Assembly: GCA_038874215.1 (NCBI GenBank)
Contig: JAVZCV010000002.1
Location: 32,001 to 96,000, forward strand
DNA length: 64,000 bases
Direction of reading: 5' to 3'
Source: Candidatus Micrarchaeia archaeon
Lineage (GTDB): Archaea; Micrarchaeota; Micrarchaeia; Burarchaeales; JAVZCV01
Shown piece by piece: positions 18,810-27,727 of the stretch. The notes under the pieces were generated by a model that saw only the letters and a program-made list of their open reading frames with translations, searched no databases and was not told the origin of the DNA. Within the stretch, counting starts at the first letter, position 1. The number at the start of each line of letters is the position of its first letter. The translations under genes and the position numbers were made by a program.

Positions 18810-19175
18810 TCACTCACTCCCCGTTTTTTTGCTTTCCTCCCCTCTCTCTGGTTTTGTAGTCTGCTCTGTATCCTTTACTTCTCCTCCCCTACTCTTCTCC
18901 TCTTTAATTTTTTTCTCTGATTTAACGTCAGCAAGCCTCACGTTCACATAGCCCTCCTCCACAGATACCATTACTTTTACTCTTCTGGGTGGTTTCTTCA
19001 TACCGCGGCTAAAAACATACTCCCCGATTTTGCCATCAATTCTAACTGCGTCTTCCTTCACTTTCATGTGCCTTGCTACTCCCACCCTGATTATTTCTAT
19101 CGCCTTTCTCGCTCTCTTAGTTCTGGGCTGTTCGTAAGCGGAAGAAAGCGTTAAAGTGTAAACTCTCTCTTTCAA
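18810..19175 (-). CDS. rpl31e: 50S ribosomal protein L31e
   Basis: ERVYTL...PRTKRARKAI...RHMK...RG..KPPRRVKV. Confidence 0.94.
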   Translation of the reverse strand: MKERVYTLTLSSAYEQPRTKRARKAIEIIRVGVARHMKVKEDAVRIDGKIGEYVFSRGMKKPPRRVKVMVSVEEGYVNVRLADVKSEKKIKEEKSRGGEVKDTEQTTKPERGEESKKTGSE

Positions 19176-19183
19176 ACAACCAC

Positions 19184-19345
19184 CTACTCCAACTTCAATT
19201 TCAGTTTTCTCGCCCTCCAGTTTCTTGCCTTGACGTTTCTTTTTACCTTTCTATTCGTTTTCGCCATCACAAAAATCGGAACCCTTCTATTCTGCCTCAA
19301 TTTCTTGCCCAGCCTTGCTTTTTTTTCAGCGCTTTTCTTCCCCAC
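19184..19345 (-). CDS. rpl39e: 50S ribosomal protein L39e (not in ORF track)
   Basis: Manual translation [32 protein letters not shown]...RNWR. Confidence 0.94.
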   Translation of the reverse strand: MGKKSAEKKARLGKKLRQNRRVPIFVMAKTNRKVKRNVKARNWRARKLKLKLE

Positions 19346-19354
19346 CAAACCACC

Positions 19355-19660
19355 CTACTTCCTCCTTATCTCTATTCTCGTCTCTTTTTTAGTGCTAACG
19401 CGCGAAAGCAAATCTAAAAGCTTTTCATTGCTTATCTTGCCTCTAAGTTGGTTTGATTGTATCAGATATGCGATAAGCGATACAACCTGATTATACAATT
19501 CCGGGTTTGCAATCCTAACGTTCATCATTCTCTCGTATGCATCTGCTTCAAGCGCAGACTTAAGAATGAGCTTCCTCTGCTCTTCCATAGCAATCTCTTT
19601 TTGCAATCTCTCAATTTTTTTTCTTCTTAATTCCTCTATGTCCACCATTTCTGCACCCAT
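19355..19660 (-). CDS. PDCD5-family DNA-binding protein
   Basis: EELRRKK...L..DAYERM.NVRIANPEL...I.I.RK; conserved position after rps19e. Confidence 0.9.
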   Translation of the reverse strand: MGAEMVDIEELRRKKIERLQKEIAMEEQRKLILKSALEADAYERMMNVRIANPELYNQVVSLIAYLIQSNQLRGKISNEKLLDLLSRVSTKKETRIEIRRK

Positions 19661-20082
19661 TACTTCGCTACATTCTTTATTGCTGCAGAAACCTCATTCA
19701 AAAAAGATATTCCTTTTTCTGTTAGCATTCTGCCATTTTTTGTCTTTTTTACAAAACCTATTTTTTCAAGCTGTTGCAACCCCATCCTTATTATTTTACC
19801 CCCAGCCTTCCCATGCCTCTCCGACCTACTTCCATGCTTTACCCTTCCGCCGTATGCCTTCCTAAAATCACCAACACCCATCGCACCGTTAACATACATC
19901 TTTCTGAGCATGGATGCGCAGCGAATATACCAGAAGTTCTTTTGTTCCGGAGCCCTCTCCCTATGCGCACCGCTCTTTACGAATGAAAGCCATTGCGGTG
20001 CCTTAATTTCCCCGATTCCTTCAAGCCTCCTCGCAGTTTCCTCTATCAGCCTCTTTGCTGGAACATCATACGGCGTTACCAT
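19660..20082 (-). CDS. rps19e: 30S ribosomal protein S19e
   Basis: YDVP, PQW..FVKSG.HRERAP...WYIRCAS.LRK and GR.LT.KG motifs. Confidence 0.96.
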   Translation of the reverse strand: MVTPYDVPAKRLIEETARRLEGIGEIKAPQWLSFVKSGAHRERAPEQKNFWYIRCASMLRKMYVNGAMGVGDFRKAYGGRVKHGSRSERHGKAGGKIIRMGLQQLEKIGFVKKTKNGRMLTEKGISFLNEVSAAIKNVAK

Positions 20083-20091
20083 ATGCCCACC

Positions 20092-20397
20092 TCACTTGTA
20101 ACCAAATCGCCTTTTTGCTCCACATTCACACACATACTCAACAACCCCTCTGCGAGGTAAGAGTCTAACACTCGCATTATAGCCTGGGATCAAAAAGGCA
20201 TTACACTTTTTGCACAATCGCCTTTTTATCGTTTTCGGAATTCTGACGTTATACCTCCTCTCTATTTTTCTTGCCAGTTCAACATAGCGTTTGCTTCTCT
20301 TTGGGTTCGTTTTGGCGTTTTCTTTGGCAAGGGAGCAGAGTATGGCGATCCTCTCCTTTGCAATCGCCTTAACAATCGTCCGCCTGTTCGCCCCCAC
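20092..20397 (-). CDS. rnp4: Ribonuclease P protein component 4 (Rpp21)
   Basis: IAKERIAIL, RYVELARKI, CKKC...LIPG and CECG; start moved to GTG 20397 because the longer ORF runs into the tRNA. Confidence 0.92.
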   Translation of the reverse strand: MGANRRTIVKAIAKERIAILCSLAKENAKTNPKRSKRYVELARKIERRYNVRIPKTIKRRLCKKCNAFLIPGYNASVRLLPRRGVVEYVCECGAKRRFGYK

Positions 20398-20428
20398 TTC
20401 TACTCCCTTGTCTACGTAAAAGCAAACA

Positions 20429-20576
20429 TGGGCCCGGAGGGATTTCCGCAACCTTCATTCGAACCCTCGACCTACAGCTGTCGCAAGCGCATGTGCTAGA
20501 GTGCGCCATATAAGACATGCGTACCGAAAGGCAAGGCATTTCGGTATGCCGCTCTAGCCAGCTGAGCTACGGGCCC
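20429..20576 (-). tRNA. tRNA-Ile(UAU) with three introns: 29/30 (20517-20546), 37/38 (20480-20508), 59/60 (20443-20457)
   Basis: Removing 30+29+15 nt gives a 74-nt cloverleaf GGGCCCG-TA-GCTC-AGCTGGCTA-GAGC-G-GCAGT-CT-TAT-AA-GCTGT-AGGTC-GAGGG-TTCGAAT-CCCTC-CGGGCCC-A; each junction forms a BHB-like motif; CCA not encoded. Confidence 0.88.
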
Positions 20577-20600
20577 ATATCTTTTCTAATTAAAATAAAA

Positions 20601-20606
20601 TTATAA
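20601..20606 (-). promoter_or_regulatory. Probable TATA box of the tRNA-Ile gene
   Basis: TTATAA 25-30 nt upstream of the tRNA 5' end in an AT-rich spacer. Confidence 0.55.
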
Positions 20607-20663
20607 GCGCATCGGTTGTTCTAATACCTAAATCGTTTTATTTCTCACATTCGGAGCTGCTTT

Positions 20664-21968
20664 ATGGACCTTGGGCAAAGTCTCAGGAATGCACTTGCAA
20701 AAATAACGGGCGCAGCGCTTGTAGACGAAAAAGCAGTGAATTCCCTTGTCAAGGAGCTCCAAAGGCTTCTAATAAGCGCCGATGTAAGCGTATCGCTTGT
20801 TTTTGAGCTTTCGGAGAGAATACGCAGGCGCGCCCTTTCCGAGCAGATACCCCCAAGCATATCCCGCAAGGAGCACATAGTTCGTGTCGTGTATGATGAG
20901 CTCGTTTCTCTTATGGGCGAGAAATACGAGTGCAGGCTTGGGCCGCAAAAAATACTTGTAGTGGGATTATATGGGAGCGGCAAGACAACGACATGCGGGA
21001 AGCTTGCGAACTTCTATAAATCCCGCGGTCTTTCAGTCCTTCTTGTATGTGCTGATGTATCAAGACCCGCAGCCTACGAACAGCTTAAACAGCTCGCAGA
21101 AAAATGCGGGGTAGCGTTCTATGGCGAAAAGGAAAATACCAACGCGACTCACATAGTCCGAAATGCGCTCAGTGTTGCAAATCAGGACGTTATAATAGTG
21201 GATTCATCTGGAAGAAACGCGATTGAAGATGAGCTCGCAAAAGAGCTGCGTGAAATAGGCGATGTACTAAAACCAGACGAGTGTTTCCTCGTTGTCAGCG
21301 CTGATATTGGACAGGTTGCAGCAAAGCAGGCAAAGGCATTCAATGCTGCCGTTGGAATAACGGGCGTAATCGTTACAAAGATGGATGGCAGCGCAAAAGG
21401 GGGGGGCGCTCTAAGTGCTGTTGCCGCAAGCGGCTCAAAAATAGCGTTCATGGGAACGGGCGAAAAAATCTCAGATATTGAGGTTTTCGACGCTAAAAAA
21501 TATGTAGGCAGGCTTCTCGGTTTCCCTGATATAGAAGCGCTGCTTGAGCGTGTGAAGGAGGCTTCAAAAGAGTTAGACGAAAGCATGCTTGAAGAGAAGT
21601 TCACTCTAAACACTTTCTACAAGCAAATGAAAGCGGCAAAGAGCATGGGACCGCTAAAGAATATCTTCTCAATGCTTGGTTTATCAGACCTGCCAGAAGA
21701 AGTCTTATCACAGAGTGAGGAGAAACTTAGAAAGTACGAGAGCATAATACTGTCAATGACTCCCGAGGAGCGTGAGAATGCCCTTCTTGTAAAGAAGAGC
21801 AGGAGCAGAATTGAAAGAATAGCAAAGGGTTCGGGCAGGAGTGTTGATGACGTAAAGGCTCTGCTCCAGGAATTTGAAAGAATTGAAAAAATGCTAAATG
21901 CGATTAAGAAGAACAGAGGGATGAGGCGGAAGTTTGAGAAAATGCTCGGGACGAAACTCGGTGGTTGA
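20664..21968 (+). CDS. srp54: Signal recognition particle protein Srp54
   Basis: GLYGSGKTTT, RPAAYEQL and TKMDG motifs; M domain with SMTPEER..RIAKGSG. Confidence 0.96.
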   Translation: MDLGQSLRNALAKITGAALVDEKAVNSLVKELQRLLISADVSVSLVFELSERIRRRALSEQIPPSISRKEHIVRVVYDELVSLMGEKYECRLGPQKILVVGLYGSGKTTTCGKLANFYKSRGLSVLLVCADVSRPAAYEQLKQLAEKCGVAFYGEKENTNATHIVRNALSVANQDVIIVDSSGRNAIEDELAKELREIGDVLKPDECFLVVSADIGQVAAKQAKAFNAAVGITGVIVTKMDGSAKGGGALSAVAASGSKIAFMGTGEKISDIEVFDAKKYVGRLLGFPDIEALLERVKEASKELDESMLEEKFTLNTFYKQMKAAKSMGPLKNIFSMLGLSDLPEEVLSQSEEKLRKYESIILSMTPEERENALLVKKSRSRIERIAKGSGRSVDDVKALLQEFERIEKMLNAIKKNRGMRRKFEKMLGTKLGG

Positions 21969-22937
21969 ATGAAAACAATTACCCTATTCTTTCTACTCCT
22001 GACACTTGTGCTTTTCATATTCTCATTTTATATTTTTCCAATAATGATTGAGGGGATTATACCCCCCCAATTCCACGATTTGTCCAAAAAGACGCTAATC
22101 TCCGTGATTGTCCTTGTTGTTGCCATAACTCTATCTAAGGTATTTGATGAATGGGTCAGGCATGCTTTGCGCAGAGTATCAGAAATGGAGGTTGGCATTG
22201 TTTCAAACATCTTCCGCTATACCGTCCTCGGAATAGCACTTTTGATGATTGCTTTCACATTCGTTGGCGACGTGGGTTCTCTTTCTGTCTTTTTGGGACT
22301 CGTTGGAGCGGGGCTTGCCGTTGCTCTTCAGCAACCTCTCTCCTGCGTTATTGCTTGGCTTGTCATAATAACGAACCGCCTCTATCGCATAGGCGATAGG
22401 GTTGCGATAGATGGGGTGAGGGGCGATATAGCGGATATAAGGCTTTTCTTCACCCAGCTTGTAGAAGTTGATGAGATGACGGAGCAGGAAACTGGTCGTC
22501 TCGTTTTCATCCCTAACAACGTCATATTCGCAAAGAACATATTAAACTACACGCTTGAGAATCCCTTCGTATGGGATGAAGTGCTCGTCTCAGTTACATA
22601 CGAAAGCGACATAAAACTCGCAAACAAGCTGATTGAAAAGGCGGCGCATGAAATAGTAGGCAAGAGCATGGAGAATGCTGCATACTATCTATCACTTAGA
22701 AGCGAGCCCCTGCAAAAATTCAGGGATAGAACCGCAAAACCGATAACATATATAAAATTCGCGCCGAGTTCGGTTGATATTTCGGTTCGTTATCTCGTTG
22801 AGGCAAGGAGCAGGCGAAACGTGCATTCAGCGATAACCTCCAGAATATTTGAATACTTCTCAAAAACACCAGGGGTTGAGATTGCCTATCCAACAACAAG
22901 GACGATTAGGATTGAGCCCGAGGCCAAAAGTAATTAA
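21969..22937 (+). CDS. MscS family mechanosensitive channel
   Basis: GLVGAGLAVALQ, YRIGDRV.I..GDI and IPNN motifs. Confidence 0.92.
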   Translation: MKTITLFFLLLTLVLFIFSFYIFPIMIEGIIPPQFHDLSKKTLISVIVLVVAITLSKVFDEWVRHALRRVSEMEVGIVSNIFRYTVLGIALLMIAFTFVGDVGSLSVFLGLVGAGLAVALQQPLSCVIAWLVIITNRLYRIGDRVAIDGVRGDIADIRLFFTQLVEVDEMTEQETGRLVFIPNNVIFAKNILNYTLENPFVWDEVLVSVTYESDIKLANKLIEKAAHEIVGKSMENAAYYLSLRSEPLQKFRDRTAKPITYIKFAPSSVDISVRYLVEARSRRNVHSAITSRIFEYFSKTPGVEIAYPTTRTIRIEPEAKSN

Positions 22938-22960
22938 TGTAAAAATACATATGTGTTTAT

Positions 22961-24067
22961 ATGAAGATAGCCGCAATCGGCCATTGCCTGCTTGCGCGGA
23001 GGCAATACGGGATATTTAACGAAATGCGCGAGCACGAAATTGAGCTTTTCGTCCCAAAAGCGTGGCCTGGCGTCCTTGAAAGGCCGGTAATAGCAGGAAA
23101 AGTCCATAGGATGAGGCTTCTTAACCATGGCAACACCTACAATTACATCATGCCCGGCATTATGCCAGCCCTCGCAGCTTCAAAGCCTGATTTAGTATAC
23201 ACAAACGCTGAGCCATGGAGCAACATGTGCTTCTATGCACAACTCTGCTCAAAAATGCTGAAAATACCGCATGTTTTTTTCACATGGGAAAATACAAGCT
23301 GGCCCACAAGAGGGTTTCAGAAGAGAAAAGAATGCTTCGTGGTTTCATGCGCTGCGGGTGCGGTGGCAGGAAACAAGGATGCAGAGAACAGGCTTAAGAT
23401 CCTTAGGCCTGACCTCCCAGTCAAGAGAATGCCAAATGGCGGAATAGACACGAAACTTTTCAGGCATTCAAAGAAAAGCCTAAGACACGAGCTGGGGCTT
23501 GAAGATAAGAAGGTTGTTCTATTTGTAGGAAGGTTTGTGAAGGAAAAGGGCATTTGGTTTATCATTGATAGCATTGAACGCGTAAGGCAGGAAATAAAGG
23601 ATGCCCATTTTGTTTTCGCCGGTAAGGGTCCCGAGAAGCGGGCAATGATGCTCCGCATACTGAATTCACCATTCAGGGACGCATGCACGCTTCTCAGCTG
23701 GAGGCCATACGAGGAACTACCACTTGTATACAACAGCGCAGACATTTTCGTGTACCCAAGCTATTCCACACCGCACTGGAGAGAGCAGTTCGGCTTTGCA
23801 ATACTTGAAGCGATGGCATGCGGTCTCCCCGTTATAACAACGAGATGCGGCGCTATAGAAGAAGTTGCGGGCGATGCCGCAGAGTATGTGCCAGAAAGGG
23901 ATTCAAACGCCCTTGCAAAAAAAATAGTGGAGTTGCTCTGCGAAGAAGGAAAAAGAAAATCACTTGCCGCAAAGGGCCGAGAAAGAGCACAAGTTTACGA
24001 TTTAAAGAGAGTTGCACGCATGCACAAAGAATTCTTTGAGGAAATAGCAGGCAGGGGTCATATATAG
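22961..24067 (+). CDS. Glycosyltransferase family 4
   Basis: FVGRFVKEKG and EQFGFAILEAMACGLPVI motifs. Confidence 0.92.
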   Translation: MKIAAIGHCLLARRQYGIFNEMREHEIELFVPKAWPGVLERPVIAGKVHRMRLLNHGNTYNYIMPGIMPALAASKPDLVYTNAEPWSNMCFYAQLCSKMLKIPHVFFTWENTSWPTRGFQKRKECFVVSCAAGAVAGNKDAENRLKILRPDLPVKRMPNGGIDTKLFRHSKKSLRHELGLEDKKVVLFVGRFVKEKGIWFIIDSIERVRQEIKDAHFVFAGKGPEKRAMMLRILNSPFRDACTLLSWRPYEELPLVYNSADIFVYPSYSTPHWREQFGFAILEAMACGLPVITTRCGAIEEVAGDAAEYVPERDSNALAKKIVELLCEEGKRKSLAAKGRERAQVYDLKRVARMHKEFFEEIAGRGHI

Positions 24068-25029
24068 AACCAAAAATTTTCCCTGTAATATTCATACATC
24101 TTCCTCAGCCCTTCTTCAAAACATGTTTCTGGTCTCCAGCCCAGCTCTTTCAATCTTCCTATATCGGCTATGTAATCGCCTGTTTTGTCTCGCCCGTAGT
24201 CCTCGGGCCATTCTGCGTGCTTAATCCTCCCCTTTCCAACAACTTTGACGACTGATTTCGCCATGTCTATAAAGGCGGTTCCCTTTCCCGAGCCTATGTT
24301 GAAAGGACCTTGATTCCCGCACGCAACAACCATACCCTCTACTACATCATCCACATACACATAGTCTCTCAACTGCTTTCCATCCCCAAAAACCTCTATT
24401 GTCTTATCCTCCATCGCAAGCCTCATGAACCATCCTACTATACCATATTTCCAGTGCTTTATCTGCTGGCGAGGTCCATACGGGTTTGCAATCCTTACTA
24501 TCGTAGTTTTCATGCCATATGCACGCGCATATATCATGTAATACATCTCCCCGACCAGTTTCTCTATCCCGTATAGCGTTATCGGTTTTTTTGGTGCATC
24601 CTCATTTGTAAGGCCGTTCGTAATACCATAGACCATTCTTGAGCTTGTGAAGAGAATAGCTGCACTTTCCGCATGCTTTCTGCACGCTTCAAGTATGTTT
24701 ATATGCCCCTTAAGATTGACGTCAATATCATAAAGCGCCATTTTTAGCGCATCAACGTAGTTCACCTGCGCCGCCAGACTGAAAACATAATCCTTTTCCT
24801 TCACTGCTTCCTCAACCCTGCGCATATCCCTAATGTCTGCTTTAATGAATTCTATATCCCCCTCCATGCCTTCAAGGTTCTTCATGTTTCCGCCATAGCC
24901 CGGTAGCATCCCATCTAAAATTGTGACTTTTGCACCAAGCGAAACAAGCCTCCTTGCAAGATTGCTACCTATAAAACCCGCACCCCCTGTTATCAGAACT
25001 TCGCTATCCTCGTAATCTTTGGGTTCCAT
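24058..25029 (-). CDS. NAD-dependent nucleotide-sugar epimerase/dehydratase
   Basis: GGAGFIGS, YGIEK, NPYGPRQ and RDYVYVDD motifs. Confidence 0.92.
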   Translation of the reverse strand: MEPKDYEDSEVLITGGAGFIGSNLARRLVSLGAKVTILDGMLPGYGGNMKNLEGMEGDIEFIKADIRDMRRVEEAVKEKDYVFSLAAQVNYVDALKMALYDIDVNLKGHINILEACRKHAESAAILFTSSRMVYGITNGLTNEDAPKKPITLYGIEKLVGEMYYMIYARAYGMKTTIVRIANPYGPRQQIKHWKYGIVGWFMRLAMEDKTIEVFGDGKQLRDYVYVDDVVEGMVVACGNQGPFNIGSGKGTAFIDMAKSVVKVVGKGRIKHAEWPEDYGRDKTGDYIADIGRLKELGWRPETCFEEGLRKMYEYYRENFWFYI

Positions 25030-25078
25030 GATAAAACCTCACCTCGCACTTATTAAATATTGGCTATTCTATCTAATT

Positions 25079-26188
25079 ATGCGCGTTGTCTATTCTATCG
25101 GCGTTGAGCTTTCCAGCGGAGCTCTCGCCGAGGTTGGGCTCAACGCAATACATGCAATAGAAAAGAAGGGAATGCTAAAAAGTGCATTTTTTTTGCATGG
25201 GGCGAAGGACGCCGATAGCGGTCTGGTACGGGAAAACTATGCGCGCATAAATCTGCCCGCATTCGTTCTTCATCGCTACTGGGCAAAAGACAACCTTTTT
25301 GACATTTCAGTCGCGATGAAAATGCCAAGCTGTGAAATATTCCATGGGTGGAACGGTTTTTCGCTATTTTCAATCATGGCTGCAAAAAGGAAGAATGCAA
25401 AAACGATCGTAGAGCGTGCATCAACCCACATACTAACACAAAAGAAAATACTTGAAACAGAACGCATGCTTTTTGGTTTAAGCGGAAGCGGCCTAAACCC
25501 CATCTCTGTTAGGAAATCACTGCTTGAGTACAAGCATGCGCACTATGTTTTTGTGCCTTCCGACCTTGCCTATAACTCTTTCGTTGAAAACGGTTTTGAA
25601 AGAGAACGGCTCATAAAAATACCGCTTGGTGTTGACTTGGGGGTGTTCTCTCCTGCGAAAAAAGAAAGCGACGTTTTCACTGTTCTCTTTGTTGGAAGCA
25701 TCATACTGCGTAAGGGCTTGCAGTATCTCCTGCAGGCATACAGCAAGATGGACAAAAAAGGTAAAGAGCTTGTCGTTATCGGCTCCGTTTCCCCCGAGAT
25801 GAGGCGCATATTCAACCTTTACATGCAAAAGATGAAATTTAAGCACATAGAATGGGCAGACAACCTTTTGCCATACTACAGAAATGCGAGCGTTTTCGTT
25901 CTCCCGACTCTTGAGGAGGGGTTTTCGCTTGCACTCCTAAAGGCGATGGCGTGCGGCATTCCCGTCATAACAACAGAGAATTCAGGCTTACCAATCCGCG
26001 ATGGGGTTGAAGGTTTCATATGTCCTTTCCGCGACCCAAAATCAATACGCGAGAAACTACTGTATCTTTTTGAAAACGAGAGCGAACGAAAAAGGATGGG
26101 CAATATGGCGAGAAGGAAGGCAGAGGATTTCTCGTGGGATAAATACGGCGAAAACCTCATTAAGGTATATCGTTCCTTGTGTGAATGA
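25079..26188 (+). CDS. Glycosyltransferase family 4
   Basis: FVGS...RKG and EEGFSLALLKAMACGIPVI motifs. Confidence 0.88.
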   Translation: MRVVYSIGVELSSGALAEVGLNAIHAIEKKGMLKSAFFLHGAKDADSGLVRENYARINLPAFVLHRYWAKDNLFDISVAMKMPSCEIFHGWNGFSLFSIMAAKRKNAKTIVERASTHILTQKKILETERMLFGLSGSGLNPISVRKSLLEYKHAHYVFVPSDLAYNSFVENGFERERLIKIPLGVDLGVFSPAKKESDVFTVLFVGSIILRKGLQYLLQAYSKMDKKGKELVVIGSVSPEMRRIFNLYMQKMKFKHIEWADNLLPYYRNASVFVLPTLEEGFSLALLKAMACGIPVITTENSGLPIRDGVEGFICPFRDPKSIREKLLYLFENESERKRMGNMARRKAEDFSWDKYGENLIKVYRSLCE

Positions 26189-26841
26189 ATGTTGGTGCGT
26201 TGCCGATGAAATACTATGAATACTATTGGACTGCAATGAAACCGCATTGCGAGATTACGCACGCAAAGAAGGATGCGTTCACCCTTCTTAAAGGCAAAAA
26301 AGTACTTGATGTCGGCTGTGGGGACGGAGAACACTACGGGAAGGCTCTCGCAAAGGAATGCCAGCTTTATGGGATAGATATCTCAAACGAGGCCGTGTCT
26401 ATTGCAAGAAAAAACGGCATGGATGCCACTGTTGGGGAGGCAGACAACCTTCCTTTCGGAGATGGGGAATTTGACGCGGTCTTGTTTATTGACGTTCTTG
26501 AACACCTTTTCAATCCAGAAGGTGCCCTCCACGAGGCAAACCGCGTTTTGAAAAACAACGGTTTTATTATAGTATCCCTGCCGAATGCCGCTTACATCCG
26601 CGAGAGGCTTTCTTTCCTATTTGGGGATTTCAACCCGCGAGGCTCGCCCCACACTTCTTTTGATTCGCCTTGGGCTGACCCCCACATACGCTTCTTCACC
26701 AAGAAAACGGTTATGGCACTTCTCCAAAAAACAGGCTTCAAAGTCCGCGTTTTTATAGGGGAGGCAGGCATACCAATACTATCGCATTTCTTCCCTTCTC
26801 TCTTTGCCTCGGATTTCCTCATAATCGCAGAAAAGCAGTGA
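26185..26841 (+). CDS. Class I SAM-dependent methyltransferase
   Basis: VLDVGCGDG, DVLEHL.NP and HIRFFT motifs. Confidence 0.9.
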   Translation: MNVGALPMKYYEYYWTAMKPHCEITHAKKDAFTLLKGKKVLDVGCGDGEHYGKALAKECQLYGIDISNEAVSIARKNGMDATVGEADNLPFGDGEFDAVLFIDVLEHLFNPEGALHEANRVLKNNGFIIVSLPNAAYIRERLSFLFGDFNPRGSPHTSFDSPWADPHIRFFTKKTVMALLQKTGFKVRVFIGEAGIPILSHFFPSLFASDFLIIAEKQ

Positions 26842-26845
26842 TTCC

Positions 26846-27727
26846 ATGGCCACTGGCAAAAAACCAGAATTGAGCGTCGTCGTCCCAACATATAATCGGG
26901 CAGAAAAACTAAAAGAGACGCTGAATTCCCTTTTGCGCCAGAGTATCCCGTGCGAGATAATCATCGTAGATGACGGTTCGCGCGATGATACGCCCCTGAT
27001 TGCTAAAAATTTTGGCTTTAAATACATAAAGTGCGAGCACAGGGGACCAGCAGCATCACGCAACATCGGAATAAAGAATGCGAACGCAGACATAGTTGCC
27101 TTTATAGATGACGACTGCATAGCACCCGAAAGATGGGCTGAAACCTTGCTTGAAGGCTACAAGCGTCATCCTCATGTTGCAGGAGCTGGAGGCTACATGC
27201 TACCCCCCCAAGATGCGAAGGGCATTTTTGCAGATTACGAACGCCATAACACAAAGAAATACGGTGCTTTTTCAGGAGAGAGCGTATACAAGGAAGACGG
27301 ACCCGTAGGCTCCACATGCAACATGTCTTACAGAAAAAGCGTGCTTTTAGAAGCAGGCGGATTTGATGAGCGCTTCGTATCTGCAGCTGGCGAGGATATA
27401 GACCTTCGCGACCGCGTCTATGAACTGGGATACTCTCTGCTTTTCATTCCTGTTGCAGTAATCCACAATGCCGACTATTCCTTTCGCGGTTTTTTAAGGA
27501 GATCCTTGATGCGTGCCGATGGGGTTTTTGTTTACGAGCAGAAGCGTGGGCGAAGGTTCTCCATTAAAACAAATACATTCAATGCGCTTTCTGCCTTCCT
27601 GCGCTTTCTGCTCTTCCTTATCCTTATTGACTCAATTTCTGCATTAGAAAGCCTTGAGCTTTTTATAGTGAATGCGGGCATCATACGGAGGTGTCTCTCT
27701 GATCGTCTCTCTTTTTGCACCCCTTGA
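26846..27727 (+). CDS. Glycosyltransferase family 2
   Basis: SVVVPTYNR, VDDGS.D, FIDDDC and GED motifs. Confidence 0.92.
   Translation: MATGKKPELSVVVPTYNRAEKLKETLNSLLRQSIPCEIIIVDDGSRDDTPLIAKNFGFKYIKCEHRGPAASRNIGIKNANADIVAFIDDDCIAPERWAETLLEGYKRHPHVAGAGGYMLPPQDAKGIFADYERHNTKKYGAFSGESVYKEDGPVGSTCNMSYRKSVLLEAGGFDERFVSAAGEDIDLRDRVYELGYSLLFIPVAVIHNADYSFRGFLRRSLMRADGVFVYEQKRGRRFSIKTNTFNALSAFLRFLLFLILIDSISALESLELFIVNAGIIRRCLSDRLSFCTP

Noticed and set aside
20398-20451. N-terminal extension of the Rpp21 ORF
   Set aside because: It runs into the tRNA-Ile 3' end; a better GTG start lies at 20397.
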